A DNA stretch of 64,000 bases from an uncultured Desulfospira sp. (GCA_963663165.1 OY760175.1:1696001-1760000); one strand, 5' to 3'. Shown: positions 19,418 through 30,475, counted from the stretch's first letter. The notes: generated by a model not told the origin, from the letters alone. Program-made: numbers and translations.

Positions 19418-20278
19418 TTATCCGAGCTGCATATCGGAAAGGATCGCACCGTTGCTTTCGGCAAGCGCAAGGTATCGGGCTCCTTCTTTTTCCCGGCCCC
19501 GTTTCATGCAGCCGTTGGCGTAAATCCGGCATTTTTCCTTAAATACCGTTAAAGCGGCCTGTTCCTGGTCGCAGGAAAGAACCTTTGACCGGATCAGGTT
19601 CAGGATAGCCTGGATACGGAACCGGTCCTGGGAATGGGCAGCGGACAGCTGGTCTTCATGCCCCCCGGTTTTAATGGTCAGCGGCCGGTCAATGAGGTAT
19701 ACGGGGGTGTCATAAGAGATCCGAAGCCAGAGGTCATAATCCTCGCACACCCAAAAATCCTCGTTAAAGCCCCCTTTTTTTTTAAAAAGCTTCTTTCGCA
19801 TCATGACGGCCGAGGGGCTGACCAGGCAAAGGTGAAGGGAGGGTTCAAAGATCATCCCCGAGGGTTTTTGATGCTTTTTTTTAGGGTTGACCCGTTTCCC
19901 TTTTCTGATCCAGATTTCCCCGGTCTGGCAGATCTGTGCCCCGGGGTTGGCTTTAAAAAACGACACCTGGCAGGACAGCTTTTCTGTTTCCCACGCATCA
20001 TCTGAATCCAGCAGGGCGATAAATTCCCCCCGGCTATGGGCAATTCCGAGATTCCGGGCCGAGCTCACCCCTTTGTTTTCCTGAACCAGGATCCGGACAT
20101 CATTCTGGTAGGCCTTGAGCCGCTCAGGGGTGTCATCCGTTGACCCGTCGTCCACCACAATGATTTCTGTGTTGCCATAATCCTGGGCCAGCACCGAATC
20201 AAGGGCCCGGTTCAGGGACCATGCCCGGTTAAAGGTCGGGATGATGACACTGACCATATCTGTTGTTTCACATGCCAT
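19418..20278 (-). CDS. Glycosyltransferase family 2 protein
   Basis: VSVIIPTFNR, VDDGSTD, GVSSARN, LDSDD, EDYDLWLR. Confidence 0.92.
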   Translation of the reverse strand: MACETTDMVSVIIPTFNRAWSLNRALDSVLAQDYGNTEIIVVDDGSTDDTPERLKAYQNDVRILVQENKGVSSARNLGIAHSRGEFIALLDSDDAWETEKLSCQVSFFKANPGAQICQTGEIWIRKGKRVNPKKKHQKPSGMIFEPSLHLCLVSPSAVMMRKKLFKKKGGFNEDFWVCEDYDLWLRISYDTPVYLIDRPLTIKTGGHEDQLSAAHSQDRFRIQAILNLIRSKVLSCDQEQAALTVFKEKCRIYANGCMKRGREKEGARYLALAESNGAILSDMQLG

Positions 20279-20618
20279 GGCAGTTGGTTATCCCACTAAA
20301 CCGGTGGCCCTGTCAACGGGTGCAAAAAAAGCTTTCAAAAAACTCAAAAGGCTGTAAAATTTAAATCAAGGCTGATGCCGGTTTTATTCCAAAACCGTAA
20401 TTTTTTTATTTTTTTTAAAGAAAATAATTGTAAACCCCCCTTTGTTTCTGATAAAAGCATGGGTCAAATTTATACAGCAAATATAAAGCAACCCATCCAT
20501 ATTTAACCACAAACCATCATAGACCAAACTATTGATAATCCTTGAGACAACAAATTGGACATCGCTTAAGGAAGAGCCCGGCTATTGAACGGGCTCATCA
20601 ACCCGCAATGAGGATACT

Positions 20619-20840
20619 ATGGGAAAAGGCAAATCCGTTAAACACATTATTGACAAAGAATGGTGCAAGGGATGCGGCATCTGCGTTCACTTCTGCCCGA
20701 AACATGTTCTGGAACTGGACAACAACGGGAAAGTGACGGCGGCCCGCCCCGAAGACTGCATTGCATGCATGCTGTGCGAACTTCGGTGCCCTGATCTGGC
20801 AATCCAAATCATAAACCATCAGGAAGGGGAAAATGACTAA
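20619..20840 (+). CDS. korD: 2[4Fe-4S] ferredoxin (delta subunit of 2-oxoacid:ferredoxin oxidoreductase)
   Basis: CKGCGICVHFCP and CIACMLCELRCP. Overlaps the start of korA. Confidence 0.88.
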   Translation: MGKGKSVKHIIDKEWCKGCGICVHFCPKHVLELDNNGKVTAARPEDCIACMLCELRCPDLAIQIINHQEGEND

Positions 20841-21981
20841 TACCATCAAGTTTGTCCAGGGAAACGAGGCCTGCGTTGAAGGGGCCCTTTATGCGGGACT
20901 GAACTTTTTTGCCGGCTACCCCATCACCCCGTCCACAGAGATCGCAGAACACCTGTCTTCCGCCCTTCCCCAAAGGGGGGGGAAATTCATCCAGATGGAA
21001 GACGAGATTGCCTCCATGAGCGCCATCATCGGGGCATCGCTGACGGGCAACAAGGTCATGACCGCCACATCCGGCCCGGGATTTTCCTTAAAGCAGGAAG
21101 CCTTGGGATATGCCTGCATGGCCGAGATTCCCTGTGTCATTGCCAATGTCCAGCGGGGCGGCCCGTCCACGGGCAACCCCACCCATGTCAGCCAGGGGGA
21201 TGTGAACCAGGCCCGGTGGGGGACCCATGGGGATCATGCCATTGTGGCCATGACCGCCTCCAACCACCAGGATGTATTTAAAATCACGGTGGAAGCCTTT
21301 AACATCGCTGAAACCTACCGGACCCCGGTGATTCTTCTTTTAGACGAGGTCATCGGCCACATGAGGGAAAAACTCGTGGTGCCGGCACCGGGCGAGATCC
21401 CCGTGGTGGGGCGCCTGCGAACCTCGGTTCCCAAAGGGGTGGACTACCATCCCTATCTGCCCAGGGAGGATGACCGGCTTCCCATGTCGGATTTCGGCGG
21501 GGAACACCGGTACAATGTCACGGGCCTGTTCCATGACATGTGGGGCTTTCCCAGCAACAACCCCTCCCTTGTCAGCAGCCTGCTCCACCATCTGGTGGAT
21601 AAAATCGAAAACAACGTCAACAGTATTGCCATGTATAAAAAACACTGGCTGGACGACGCCGAATATGTCCTGATTTCCTATGGATCTTCTGCCAGGAGCG
21701 CCATCCATGTGGCCAAAAACCGGCGGGCAAGGGGGGTCAAAATCGGTGTACTTGAACTTCAGACCATCTGGCCTTTTCCCGTGGACATTGTCAGGGAAAG
21801 TTGCGCCAATGCCAAAGCCGTGCTGGTGGTTGAAATGAACATGGGCCAGGTCATCACCCAGGTTAAAAATGCCGTGGACAATCCCCACAACGTATTTTTG
21901 GCCAACCGGATCGACGGACAGCTCATCTCACCCACCGACATTAAAACCGTTCTGAGAATGATCCAGGGAAAGGGGGTCTAA
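20833..21981 (+). CDS. korA: 2-oxoacid (2-oxoglutarate-type):ferredoxin oxidoreductase alpha subunit
   Basis: GYPITPSTE, QMEDEIAS, TATSGPGFSLKQE, QRGGPSTG, VVEMNMGQ. Confidence 0.9.
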   Translation: MTNTIKFVQGNEACVEGALYAGLNFFAGYPITPSTEIAEHLSSALPQRGGKFIQMEDEIASMSAIIGASLTGNKVMTATSGPGFSLKQEALGYACMAEIPCVIANVQRGGPSTGNPTHVSQGDVNQARWGTHGDHAIVAMTASNHQDVFKITVEAFNIAETYRTPVILLLDEVIGHMREKLVVPAPGEIPVVGRLRTSVPKGVDYHPYLPREDDRLPMSDFGGEHRYNVTGLFHDMWGFPSNNPSLVSSLLHHLVDKIENNVNSIAMYKKHWLDDAEYVLISYGSSARSAIHVAKNRRARGVKIGVLELQTIWPFPVDIVRESCANAKAVLVVEMNMGQVITQVKNAVDNPHNVFLANRIDGQLISPTDIKTVLRMIQGKGV

Positions 21982-21985
21982 GAAA

Positions 21986-22810
21986 ATGAACCAGAAACCA
22001 TTTGATTTTAAAGATTATATCAGGGCCCGGTTTTTCCCCCACATGTGGTGCCCGGGCTGCGGCCACGGCATTGTTCTGGGCTGCCTGCTCAGGGCGGTTC
22101 ATGAACTGGAACTGGATAAAAATGAAATTGTCATGACCTCGGGGATCGGGTGTTCGTCCAGAATATCCGGGTATGTGGATTTCCACTCCCTGCACACCAT
22201 CCACGGCAGGGCCCTGGCCTTTGCCACCGGTGTCAAGCTGTCCAAACCCAGCCTCAAAGCCATTGTTCCCATGGGGGACGGAGATGCCTTAGCCATTGGC
22301 GGCAACCACTTTATTCACGCAGCCAGAAGAAACATCGACATTACGGCCATTGTCATGAACAACCGGATCTACGGCATGACCGGCGGGCAGTTTTCCCCGC
22401 TTTCGGGAACCGGAAAAAAGGCCACCACAGCGCCCTACGCCACCATTGACCCGCCCTTTGATGTGGTGCAGTTAGCCCAAAGTGCCGGGGCCACCTTTGT
22501 GGCCAGATCCACCACCTTTCATGCCAGCGAGGCCAAGGACTTCATCAAAAAGGCCATCCAGCACAAGGGCTTTTCCGTGGTTGAAATTCTTTCCCAGTGC
22601 CCCACTTATTACGGCCGGAAAAACAAGGAAGGGGATGCGGCCCAGATGATGGAAAGCTATAAAACCAACACCGTAAAAATCGGGTCCAAAAAGCTGGAAA
22701 CCAATCCCGGCCTGATTCAACGGGGAATCTTTGTGGATGATGCCGATAAACCCGAATACTGCGAAGCCTACGATGCAATCATTGAAACAGCCATGAAAGG
22801 AAAGGCATAA
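21986..22810 (+). CDS. korB: 2-oxoacid:ferredoxin oxidoreductase beta subunit
   Basis: WCPGCG, SGIGCS, HGRA, GDGD...NN-IYGMTGGQ. Confidence 0.9.
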   Translation: MNQKPFDFKDYIRARFFPHMWCPGCGHGIVLGCLLRAVHELELDKNEIVMTSGIGCSSRISGYVDFHSLHTIHGRALAFATGVKLSKPSLKAIVPMGDGDALAIGGNHFIHAARRNIDITAIVMNNRIYGMTGGQFSPLSGTGKKATTAPYATIDPPFDVVQLAQSAGATFVARSTTFHASEAKDFIKKAIQHKGFSVVEILSQCPTYYGRKNKEGDAAQMMESYKTNTVKIGSKKLETNPGLIQRGIFVDDADKPEYCEAYDAIIETAMKGKA

Positions 22811-23364
22811 TGGAACGGTCAAGAATTGTTTTTTCAGGGTCAGGCGGCCAGGGGGTCATCACCGCAGCCATTATCCTTGCCAAGGCAGCCGTGATTTTTG
22901 AGGGCAAGAACGCCATCCAGTCCCAGAGTTACGGGGCAGCGGCCCGGGGCGGCGCCACCCGAAGCGATGTGTTGATTGCCGAATCCGAGATCTACTTTCC
23001 CAAGGTAAACCAGCCCAATATCCTGATCAGCTTAACCCAGGAAAGCTATAATACCTTTTCACCTATTATCCGGCCGGGGGGGCTGCTTCTGGTGGATTCC
23101 CGGTACGTTACCATCGGCAAAAAAATTGATGCCAAACATGTGTCACTGCCCATGTATGACACGGTGATGGCAGACATTAAAAACCCCATTGTGTTTAACA
23201 TCTGCATGCTTGGCGCACTGATCGGGCTGACTCAAATCATAAAACCCGAGTCTATCCTTAAAGTCCTGGAGACCACCATTCCCAAAGATTTTATGGAAAT
23301 GAACAAAAAAGCCCTGGATCTTGGAATGGATATGGGCAGTACCGCTGCAAATGGAGAAGGATGA
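22810..23364 (+). CDS. korC: 2-oxoacid:ferredoxin oxidoreductase gamma subunit
   Basis: SGSGGQG, QSYGAAARGG, NICMLG. Confidence 0.9.
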   Translation: MERSRIVFSGSGGQGVITAAIILAKAAVIFEGKNAIQSQSYGAAARGGATRSDVLIAESEIYFPKVNQPNILISLTQESYNTFSPIIRPGGLLLVDSRYVTIGKKIDAKHVSLPMYDTVMADIKNPIVFNICMLGALIGLTQIIKPESILKVLETTIPKDFMEMNKKALDLGMDMGSTAANGEG

Positions 23365-23369
23365 TTTTA

Positions 23370-23446
23370 AGCGTTTAGCTATCAGCCTTTAGCTGTTAGC
23401 AATTAGCTTATGGCCGGCTTTGCTAACGGCTAATAGCTAACAGCTG
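23370..23446. repeat. Inverted heptamer repeat array between convergent genes (possible bidirectional terminator)
   Basis: ttagctatcagcctttagctgttagc ... gctaacggctaatagctaacagctga. Confidence 0.6.
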
Positions 23447-23453
23447 AATTCTT

Positions 23454-23981
23454 TTATTTCATCAGGCTTTTTACAGCTTTCTCCATCCCTTTCCAGTCAA
23501 ATCCTTTGGCCAGGGCCAGGCTGTCATCTTCGGAAATGCCCTCGTAGGCAATGGAAAAAATGGCCGATTTACCCTGGCCTGGAGACTCGAATAAAAGGAC
23601 GGTCACGGTGCCAGCTTTTTCTTCCCCGTCATGGGCTTCAAGCACTTTAAATCCGTCCATCTCACTGGTTTTAACCTTTACCTGGCCCTGTTCCATGCTC
23701 ATCTGCTGGAACCCGGCCATTCCCATGGAACCCATCCCCGTGGATGAGACCATAACGGTGGCGGTAACGGTCTGATCGCCTTTTTCATAAACCCGAACCG
23801 CATTGATCATCTGCATGCCGTTCATGTTCATGTTCATGTCCTGGGCCTCTTCGGCCTGCCAGCCGTCAAGGGCCGGCAAGAATTCTTTAAGGGAATCGCC
23901 GGCAAGCAGGGTTGAAGCAAAGAAAGCGATATACAGAATCGCGGTCACAGGGATAAAAAACAATCTGGATGATGTTTTCAC
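23454..23981 (-). CDS. Hypothetical exported protein
   Basis: N-terminal signal-like segment followed by a Met-rich soluble domain (FLPALDGWQAE). Confidence 0.75.
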   Translation of the reverse strand: MKTSSRLFFIPVTAILYIAFFASTLLAGDSLKEFLPALDGWQAEEAQDMNMNMNGMQMINAVRVYEKGDQTVTATVMVSSTGMGSMGMAGFQQMSMEQGQVKVKTSEMDGFKVLEAHDGEEKAGTVTVLLFESPGQGKSAIFSIAYEGISEDDSLALAKGFDWKGMEKAVKSLMK

Positions 23982-24184
23982 AACGCTCTCCTTTAATCGT
24001 GGGGTAAACCAAAAAACTTACGAACAATTGTGGGATAAATAACACATTTTTTATTCAAAAGGAAATGAATAAACGGGAGGGCAGAAACCGGAAGTCCGCA
24101 GACCGGATACCAAACCCGAGTGTACGCGACATCCGGTCTCCATTCATTATCATCCCGGATTACAAATGAGGGGGGCCGGAATGT

Positions 24185-26251
24185 TTATTTGGCTTCCGTA
24201 TTTTCCAGCACCACGGCGGTCCGGGCCGGCAGGTAAAGGCTAAGATCATTGTGAATGCGGGGCTTTTTCTCAAACAGGGTGAAATGGACCTGGCCGGTTT
24301 TAAGCCGTCCCTGGCCGAAGAACTCGGTTTCGTCACTGTTGAAAACCATCTTGTATTTACCGGGCCGGGGGGCCTCAAACCGGTAGTCTGAAAAGGACCT
24401 TTCAGCGTGAAAGTTGAATACAAACACCAGGTCATGGCGTTCAAAGGCGATGATCCGGTTGGTCTCGTGGATATGGATGAGCCGGGGGGTACAATCGAAA
24501 AACCCTTCCCGTTCCCGGATCAGGGAAACCATCCCCTGGTCAAAGGCCCACAAACAGGAATAGACCAGGTCCTTGTCATAGGCCAGGGACCACTGGCGGC
24601 GGGCATAGTGAAATGAAAATTGATTCCGCTCACTGGGAAAATCAATCCATTCGGGATGGCCGAACTCGTTGCCCATGAAGTTAAGGTACCCGGAACCGGC
24701 ACAGGCAAGGGTAATCAGCCGGATCATTTTATGTAAAGAGGCCGCCCTGAAGGCATAAACGCTTTGGTCACAGGTTCGCATGTCCGTATAGATCCGGTCT
24801 CCCATCAACCGCATGATCAGGGTCTGGTCCCCGACCAGGGCCTGGTCGTGGGACTCGGCATAGCTGATGGTTTTTTCTTCTTTTCTGCGGCAGGTCAGTT
24901 CATACCAAAGAGAACCCAGGTGCCAGTCTTCATCCCTAACTTCCTTGAGCAGCTTGATCCAGTAATCGGCAATGCCCATGGCATACCGGAAATCAAATCC
25001 AACGCCCCCCTCTTTTATAGGGGCGGCAAGGCCGGGATAGCCGCTCACATCTTCGGCAATGGTCACAAATGAAGATTTCAGGTCATGGACCAGGTGATTG
25101 GCGCACCGAAGATAGGACAGGGCGTCTTTGTCCACATCATCCCCGTAATAGGCCGCGTAATTGTTAAAACTTATGCCAAGGCCGTGATCCTCAAACAGCA
25201 TGCTGGTGACCCCGTCAAACCGGAACCCATCCACGTGGAATTCTTCGATCCAGTACCGCAGGCAGGACAGTAAAAACCGGGCCACCTCGGGCTTACCGTA
25301 ATCAAAACACTTTGAATCCCACTGCCGGTGATGGCCTTTGGGGCCGTCATGGAAAAACTGAAAAGCAGTGCCGTCAAATCTTGACAAGCCCTCCACCTCG
25401 TTGGCCACGGCATGGGACTGGACCATGTCTATAAAAACCGATAGCCCGGCCCCATGGGCGGTATCAATCAGGGATTTTAACTCTTCGGGGGTGCCAAACC
25501 GTGAGGATGGGGCAAAAAAACCAGCCACATGATACCCTATAGAACCATAATAGGGATGTTCCAAAAGGGCCATAATTTGAAGGGTGTTGTACCCTGATGT
25601 CACGATCTTGGGCAGGATATACCGCTCAAACTCGGCAAAGGTCCCTACCCTGCCGTCCTCTAAAGCCATGCCCACGTGGGTTTCGTAGATGAGCAACGGA
25701 TGTTTGGATGGGGTAAAATGGGGGATCTTCCATTCATAGGGATGTTCCGGCTCCCAGACCTGGGCATTGAAAATCAGGGTTTCCGGGTCCTGAACCACCC
25801 GGCGGACCGCCGTGGGGATACGGTCCCCTTCCCCGCCGGGCCAGGATACCTTGAGCCGGAAAAGATCGCCATGATGAAGCATGTTTTTTTCAAACCGGGC
25901 CTCAAAGATCTGATCGTCTTTCTTGGGGACCCTGAACCGTTCCTGCTTTTCCCAGCCCGAAGCCGGACAGACCAGGTGCATGTCACGGGCATGGGGGGCC
26001 CATTCCCGGAACACCCAGCCGTCACTGTCCCGATGGAGGCCAAAGTCCTCGTGATAGTCGGACACATCCATCAAGGACCGGCCAAAGGTTTGAACCAGTT
26101 TTTTCTCATAGGCCAGGGCATGGTCCTGACGACCTGAAATCACAGGCTCAAAAGGAATCAGCAAAGGATCGTTGAACAACCCCTTACCGGAACCGTTGAT
26201 ATCCGGCTGTTTAATCTTAGACAATGAAGGGCCGCTGGAGCATTTTTTCAT
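24185..26251 (-). CDS. glgB: 1,4-alpha-glucan branching enzyme
   Basis: FREWAP, IYETHVGM, SSRFGTPEELK, DGFRFDGVTSM, AEDVSG, YAESHDQALVGD, NFMGNEFGHPEWIDFP. ATG 26251. Confidence 0.93.
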   Translation of the reverse strand: MKKCSSGPSLSKIKQPDINGSGKGLFNDPLLIPFEPVISGRQDHALAYEKKLVQTFGRSLMDVSDYHEDFGLHRDSDGWVFREWAPHARDMHLVCPASGWEKQERFRVPKKDDQIFEARFEKNMLHHGDLFRLKVSWPGGEGDRIPTAVRRVVQDPETLIFNAQVWEPEHPYEWKIPHFTPSKHPLLIYETHVGMALEDGRVGTFAEFERYILPKIVTSGYNTLQIMALLEHPYYGSIGYHVAGFFAPSSRFGTPEELKSLIDTAHGAGLSVFIDMVQSHAVANEVEGLSRFDGTAFQFFHDGPKGHHRQWDSKCFDYGKPEVARFLLSCLRYWIEEFHVDGFRFDGVTSMLFEDHGLGISFNNYAAYYGDDVDKDALSYLRCANHLVHDLKSSFVTIAEDVSGYPGLAAPIKEGGVGFDFRYAMGIADYWIKLLKEVRDEDWHLGSLWYELTCRRKEEKTISYAESHDQALVGDQTLIMRLMGDRIYTDMRTCDQSVYAFRAASLHKMIRLITLACAGSGYLNFMGNEFGHPEWIDFPSERNQFSFHYARRQWSLAYDKDLVYSCLWAFDQGMVSLIREREGFFDCTPRLIHIHETNRIIAFERHDLVFVFNFHAERSFSDYRFEAPRPGKYKMVFNSDETEFFGQGRLKTGQVHFTLFEKKPRIHNDLSLYLPARTAVVLENTEAK

Positions 26252-27719
26252 ACAGGTCAATATACCCCTGGGCGCACCGGCTGTGGTTAAACTCAAGAAT
26301 CCCCTCAATCATGATCCGGCGAATCTGGGTCTCTTTAACATCCGGATCCATCCGGGTAAACGCCATGGCCCGGTCAACGGCCCAGAAAAGCCCCTGGCTA
26401 TCATGGACGTTGAACAAAAACCCGTTGCCCGTATCGTGGTCCGTATCCAGGGGATGAACCGTGTCGTGGAGCCCGCCGGTATCATGGACAATGGGCAGAC
26501 TGCCATAGATGGTGCCGATCATCTGAGGCAGGCCGCAGGGTTCAAAGGATGACGGCATGAGAACAAAATCGCTGGCCGCAAAGCCCTGATGGCTCAACCC
26601 CTCGTTAAAACCGCACACGCATACCCGCCGGCCGATACCGTGGAGCCGGACAATATCATGAAAATGTTTCTGGAATTCGCCGCTGGCCACCAACACCACC
26701 TGAAGGTTGGACTCCCAGTACTTGGCCACCATGTCATAAAGGATCCGGGTTAACAGCTGGGGCCCTTTTTGGACCGGGTCCAGGCGGGAAGGCCAGAAAA
26801 ACATGGCCGCGTTCTCATCCTGGTCCAGATCCAGAATTTTCTGCAAAAACAGCTTGTTCTTCTTTTTTTCGTCCCTGTGGTTTTTGGGGCCGAAGGGATA
26901 CCGGATCATTTCATCCACGGCCGGGTTCAGCTCCGGTTCCGGGGCATTTAAAATCCCGGTGGCGCATCCGGCATGGTATTTATGGGTCAGTTCGGCCTTA
27001 AGGCAGGGCTCCACAAAAGGGTGGCGGTTGTCCACGATCTCCTTTAAAAAGGTAGGGCTCACCGTATTGACATAATGGGCCGAAAACACCCCGGAGGTTA
27101 AGAAATCCACCCGGTTCCAGTCCCGGCTTTCCTCATAATTATGGGGGGTTTTCTTAAAAAACAGCCATTGCCAGAACGAGGCGGCATCAATGCCCCGGTC
27201 CTCAATTTCGGCCATGGTGGATGTCATGGTGTGAATATTATGGATGGTAAACAGGCAGGGGATCTCCAGCTGCCTTGCCATGGCCGGGATCAGGCCGGTC
27301 ATCCAGTCGTTGCAGTGAATAATATCCGGGTTGACCCGGGGGATGATATTGTTGATCACCTCCCGCTGAAAGGCCAGGGACGCCTTGAGGTCCTGGTCGG
27401 AATAGCCTGAATACACGTTGTTCAGATAGTAAAAGGCCCGGTCCTGGGCCAGGTGGATCCGGTCTTCATCCAGCTTGGTCCGGATCCGTTCAAGTTTTCT
27501 GTCCCGATTGGCCGACACTTTCCCGTCAAATATGGACCGGTAATCGGGGAGGGCCACATGAACATCGCACTGAAGTTCAAACAGGGCGCTGATCAATGCG
27601 GCAGACACATCGGCCAGCCCCCCGGCCTTGGCCGAATACTGGGAAGAATCATCCATATCCTTGGGAAGATAGGTCACTTCAGGGGTCACGATTAATATTC
27701 TGGGTTTTGTCTGGGGCAT
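26217..27719 (-). CDS. glgA: Glycogen/starch synthase (GT5)
   Basis: KAGGLADV, HCNDW, FTIHN, MPSSFEPCGLPQM, TGGLHDTV. Confidence 0.92.
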   Translation of the reverse strand: MPQTKPRILIVTPEVTYLPKDMDDSSQYSAKAGGLADVSAALISALFELQCDVHVALPDYRSIFDGKVSANRDRKLERIRTKLDEDRIHLAQDRAFYYLNNVYSGYSDQDLKASLAFQREVINNIIPRVNPDIIHCNDWMTGLIPAMARQLEIPCLFTIHNIHTMTSTMAEIEDRGIDAASFWQWLFFKKTPHNYEESRDWNRVDFLTSGVFSAHYVNTVSPTFLKEIVDNRHPFVEPCLKAELTHKYHAGCATGILNAPEPELNPAVDEMIRYPFGPKNHRDEKKKNKLFLQKILDLDQDENAAMFFWPSRLDPVQKGPQLLTRILYDMVAKYWESNLQVVLVASGEFQKHFHDIVRLHGIGRRVCVCGFNEGLSHQGFAASDFVLMPSSFEPCGLPQMIGTIYGSLPIVHDTGGLHDTVHPLDTDHDTGNGFLFNVHDSQGLFWAVDRAMAFTRMDPDVKETQIRRIMIEGILEFNHSRCAQGYIDLYEKMLQRPFIV

Positions 27720-27726
27720 AGCTTAT

Positions 27727-27900
27727 CAAGAAACTGGAAACAAGAAACAAGAAACAAGATTTTTGAATATCCTGTCTTCTTGTCTTCCGCTATTTGTTCC
27801 CCGTCTCCTGTCTCCTATTTTTTTCCAATCTTCTGTCTCTTGCTTCTTATCTCTTGTCTCTCGCCTCTTGTTTCTTGTTTCTTGTCTCTTGTCTCTTGCT
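27727..27900. repeat. Heptamer tandem repeat (AAGAAAC / TCTTGTY) array
   Basis: gaaacaagaaacaagaaacaag and tcttgtttcttgtttcttgtctcttgtctctt between glgP and glgA. Confidence 0.75.
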
Positions 27901-30454
27901 AGTCTTCCGCCCAGGTCATCAGCCCGGGCGTGTTGGCCAGCACCTCATCCCCCTCGGGGACCACCCTTGCCGTATACCCGAACCTTCCGGAATCCAGGCA
28001 GGGGATGGTGCAGCTGTACAGGTACGTCCCCTCTGACAGGGTTTGCACAAGTTCCATGGATTCAGACCGGGCACCGGCCAGAACGTTGGAACCGGTAACC
28101 CGGCCATGGTAAATCTCAACCTTTACCTCACCGGGTGCAAGCTGTCCTAAGGCAACTTCCACACTGATCTTGAAATGGTCCCCTACCTTGAAATTTTCAC
28201 CGGAATCCAATTTTGGCCGGGACAATTTGATATCCCCCCACAGGGCCGTAAGTCTTGCCTGAACCCTGGCTAGTTCCCCGGCTTTTTTTGCGTTGTCCTG
28301 GGTCAGGCGCCGAAAATAGGTTGAGGCCGGCACATAAAACCGGACCGCGTAATCCCTGACCATCCGGTCGCTGGAAAACTCGCTGATGGCCATTTTCATG
28401 GACTCTTTCATCATGGTGATCCACCGCAAGGGCGGGTTTCCCCTGGTCCGTTCATAATACGTCGGGATCACATCATTTTCAAGGATATTGTACAATGTTT
28501 GGCTTTCCATATCGTCCTGGTAGACCGGGTCATCAAAAATATTCCCGTTTCCAATATTCCAGCCCCGGTCCCCCCGGTACCCTTCGCACCACCACCCGTC
28601 AAGGATGGACAGGTTAAGGGCCCCGTTGGCCGCAGCCTTCATGCCCGATGTCCCGCAGGCCTCCATGGGGCGCCGGGGGGTATTGAGCCAGACATCGCAG
28701 CCCTGGACCATGTACCGGGCAATATTAATGTCATAATTTTCAATAAACGCCACCCGGTGCCGGACATCGTGCCGATTGGCAAATTCCACGATCTGCTGGA
28801 TAATGTCTTTGCCTTCGGTATCGTTGGGATGGGCCTTTCCGGCAAAAATAAACTGGACCGGGAACTCATCATTGTTGACCATCCGGGCCAACCGCCTGAT
28901 GTCTGATAAAATCAGGGAAGCCCGCTTATAGGTAGCAAACCGCCGGGCAAAACAGATGGTCAGCACATGGGGGTCTAAGACCCCGGACACTTCGTCGAGC
29001 AGGTTTCTCGGGGCATTTCTGCGTTCATACTGGGTAATGAGCAGTTCCCGGCATTTTCGAATCAGGTTGGACCGGTCCAGTTCATGGACATGCCACAGGT
29101 CTGAATCCTCTATGGTCTCAATCCGCGTGATCAGGCCGGCATCAGACATTCTCTCAGCCCAGTCATGGGCCAGATACCGCTCTAACAAGGCGTTCTTATG
29201 CCGGGACAAATAGGAGCAGACATGGACCCCGTTGGTAATGTGGGAAATGGGGACTTCCTCTTCATACCGGTTGGGCCATAAATGGCGCCACATTTTCCGG
29301 GCCACCTGGCCGTGGAGCCGGCTGACCCCGTTGATGTGGCTGCACATCTTGGCCCCGAGGATGAACATGGAAAATTTATCATCCTTGCCGGCGTTCCGGA
29401 CCTTTCCCCAGGCAAGGATCTCTTCCTCCGAAACCTGGAATTTACCGAGATAAGGGGTGATATAGGGCCGGACCAGGTCGTTCTCAAATTCATCATGGCC
29501 GGCAGCCACCGGGGTATGGGTGGTAAACAGGCTGGTCCGCCGGGCAATCTGAAAGGCCGCATCAAAATCGGTCTTATGCCGGTCCATAACCATTGATATC
29601 CGTTCTAAGCCTGCAAAGGCGCAATGCCCCTCGTTCATGTGGCAAACCGCCGGAAAAATATCCATGGCAATGAGGGCCTTGATCCCGCCGATGCCCAGAA
29701 GAATTTCCTGGGCCACCCGGATCCTGCCGTGGCTGGCATAGAGTCTCGACGTGATATCCCTGATACTCTGGGGATTTTCAGCAAGGTTGGTATCCAGAAG
29801 ATAAAGCTTGATCCGTCCGACCTTTAACAGCCAGATACAGGCGATCATGTCCCCTTCAGGACCGGGGACCCTGATCCGGATCTCTTTGCCTTCCTGGTCC
29901 AGGACCTTTTGAAGGGGCAGTTCAAACACATCGTTAATGGGATAGGTTTCCTGCTGCCAGCCGGTATGGTCCAGGTACTGCTGGAAATACCCTTCCCGGA
30001 ACATCAGTCCCACGGCGGTTAAGGAAAGTCCCAGGGAAGAGGCCGCCTTTAAATGGTCCCCGGCCAGGACCCCCAGGCCCCCGGCAAACAGGGGAAGGGA
30101 TTCGTGAAGCCCGAATTCCATGGAAAAATAGGCAACGGTTTCTTTGGGCTCCAGATCAAATCCCTTGATCCTTACATCTGTGGAAAACATGTACTCAAAC
30201 TTGTTTTTCACCCGGGTCAGATGGCCCAGAAAACTTTCATCCTTTTCCAGCTCTTTAAACCGGCGCTGGGAAATATGGGTTAGAAACACCACCGGGTTTT
30301 TTCCTGATTTTTCCCACCTTGCGGGATCGATGCGGTGAAACAACTCTATGGCTTCATGGTTCCAGCACCACCACAGATTCCTTGCCAGATAATCCAGAAA
30401 TTCGAGAGACTCGGGAATGGCCGGGTAGACCTTATAAATGTTTAAATTTTTCAC
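27899..30454 (-). CDS. glgP: Alpha-glucan (glycogen) phosphorylase
   Basis: LARNLWW, YFSMEFG...GGLGVLAGD, HMNEGH, FARRFATYKR, EACGTSGMK (PLP lysine). Confidence 0.95.
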   Translation of the reverse strand: MKNLNIYKVYPAIPESLEFLDYLARNLWWCWNHEAIELFHRIDPARWEKSGKNPVVFLTHISQRRFKELEKDESFLGHLTRVKNKFEYMFSTDVRIKGFDLEPKETVAYFSMEFGLHESLPLFAGGLGVLAGDHLKAASSLGLSLTAVGLMFREGYFQQYLDHTGWQQETYPINDVFELPLQKVLDQEGKEIRIRVPGPEGDMIACIWLLKVGRIKLYLLDTNLAENPQSIRDITSRLYASHGRIRVAQEILLGIGGIKALIAMDIFPAVCHMNEGHCAFAGLERISMVMDRHKTDFDAAFQIARRTSLFTTHTPVAAGHDEFENDLVRPYITPYLGKFQVSEEEILAWGKVRNAGKDDKFSMFILGAKMCSHINGVSRLHGQVARKMWRHLWPNRYEEEVPISHITNGVHVCSYLSRHKNALLERYLAHDWAERMSDAGLITRIETIEDSDLWHVHELDRSNLIRKCRELLITQYERRNAPRNLLDEVSGVLDPHVLTICFARRFATYKRASLILSDIRRLARMVNNDEFPVQFIFAGKAHPNDTEGKDIIQQIVEFANRHDVRHRVAFIENYDINIARYMVQGCDVWLNTPRRPMEACGTSGMKAAANGALNLSILDGWWCEGYRGDRGWNIGNGNIFDDPVYQDDMESQTLYNILENDVIPTYYERTRGNPPLRWITMMKESMKMAISEFSSDRMVRDYAVRFYVPASTYFRRLTQDNAKKAGELARVQARLTALWGDIKLSRPKLDSGENFKVGDHFKISVEVALGQLAPGEVKVEIYHGRVTGSNVLAGARSESMELVQTLSEGTYLYSCTIPCLDSGRFGYTARVVPEGDEVLANTPGLMTWAED

Positions 30455-30475
30455 CGGATTCGGCTTTGCTCCTGA

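Noticed and set aside
27727..27900. CRISPR array or coding ORF (27763-28098)
   Set aside because: Contiguous heptamer repeats without unique spacers. The SCL-rich ORF is a repeat artefact and no cas genes are present.
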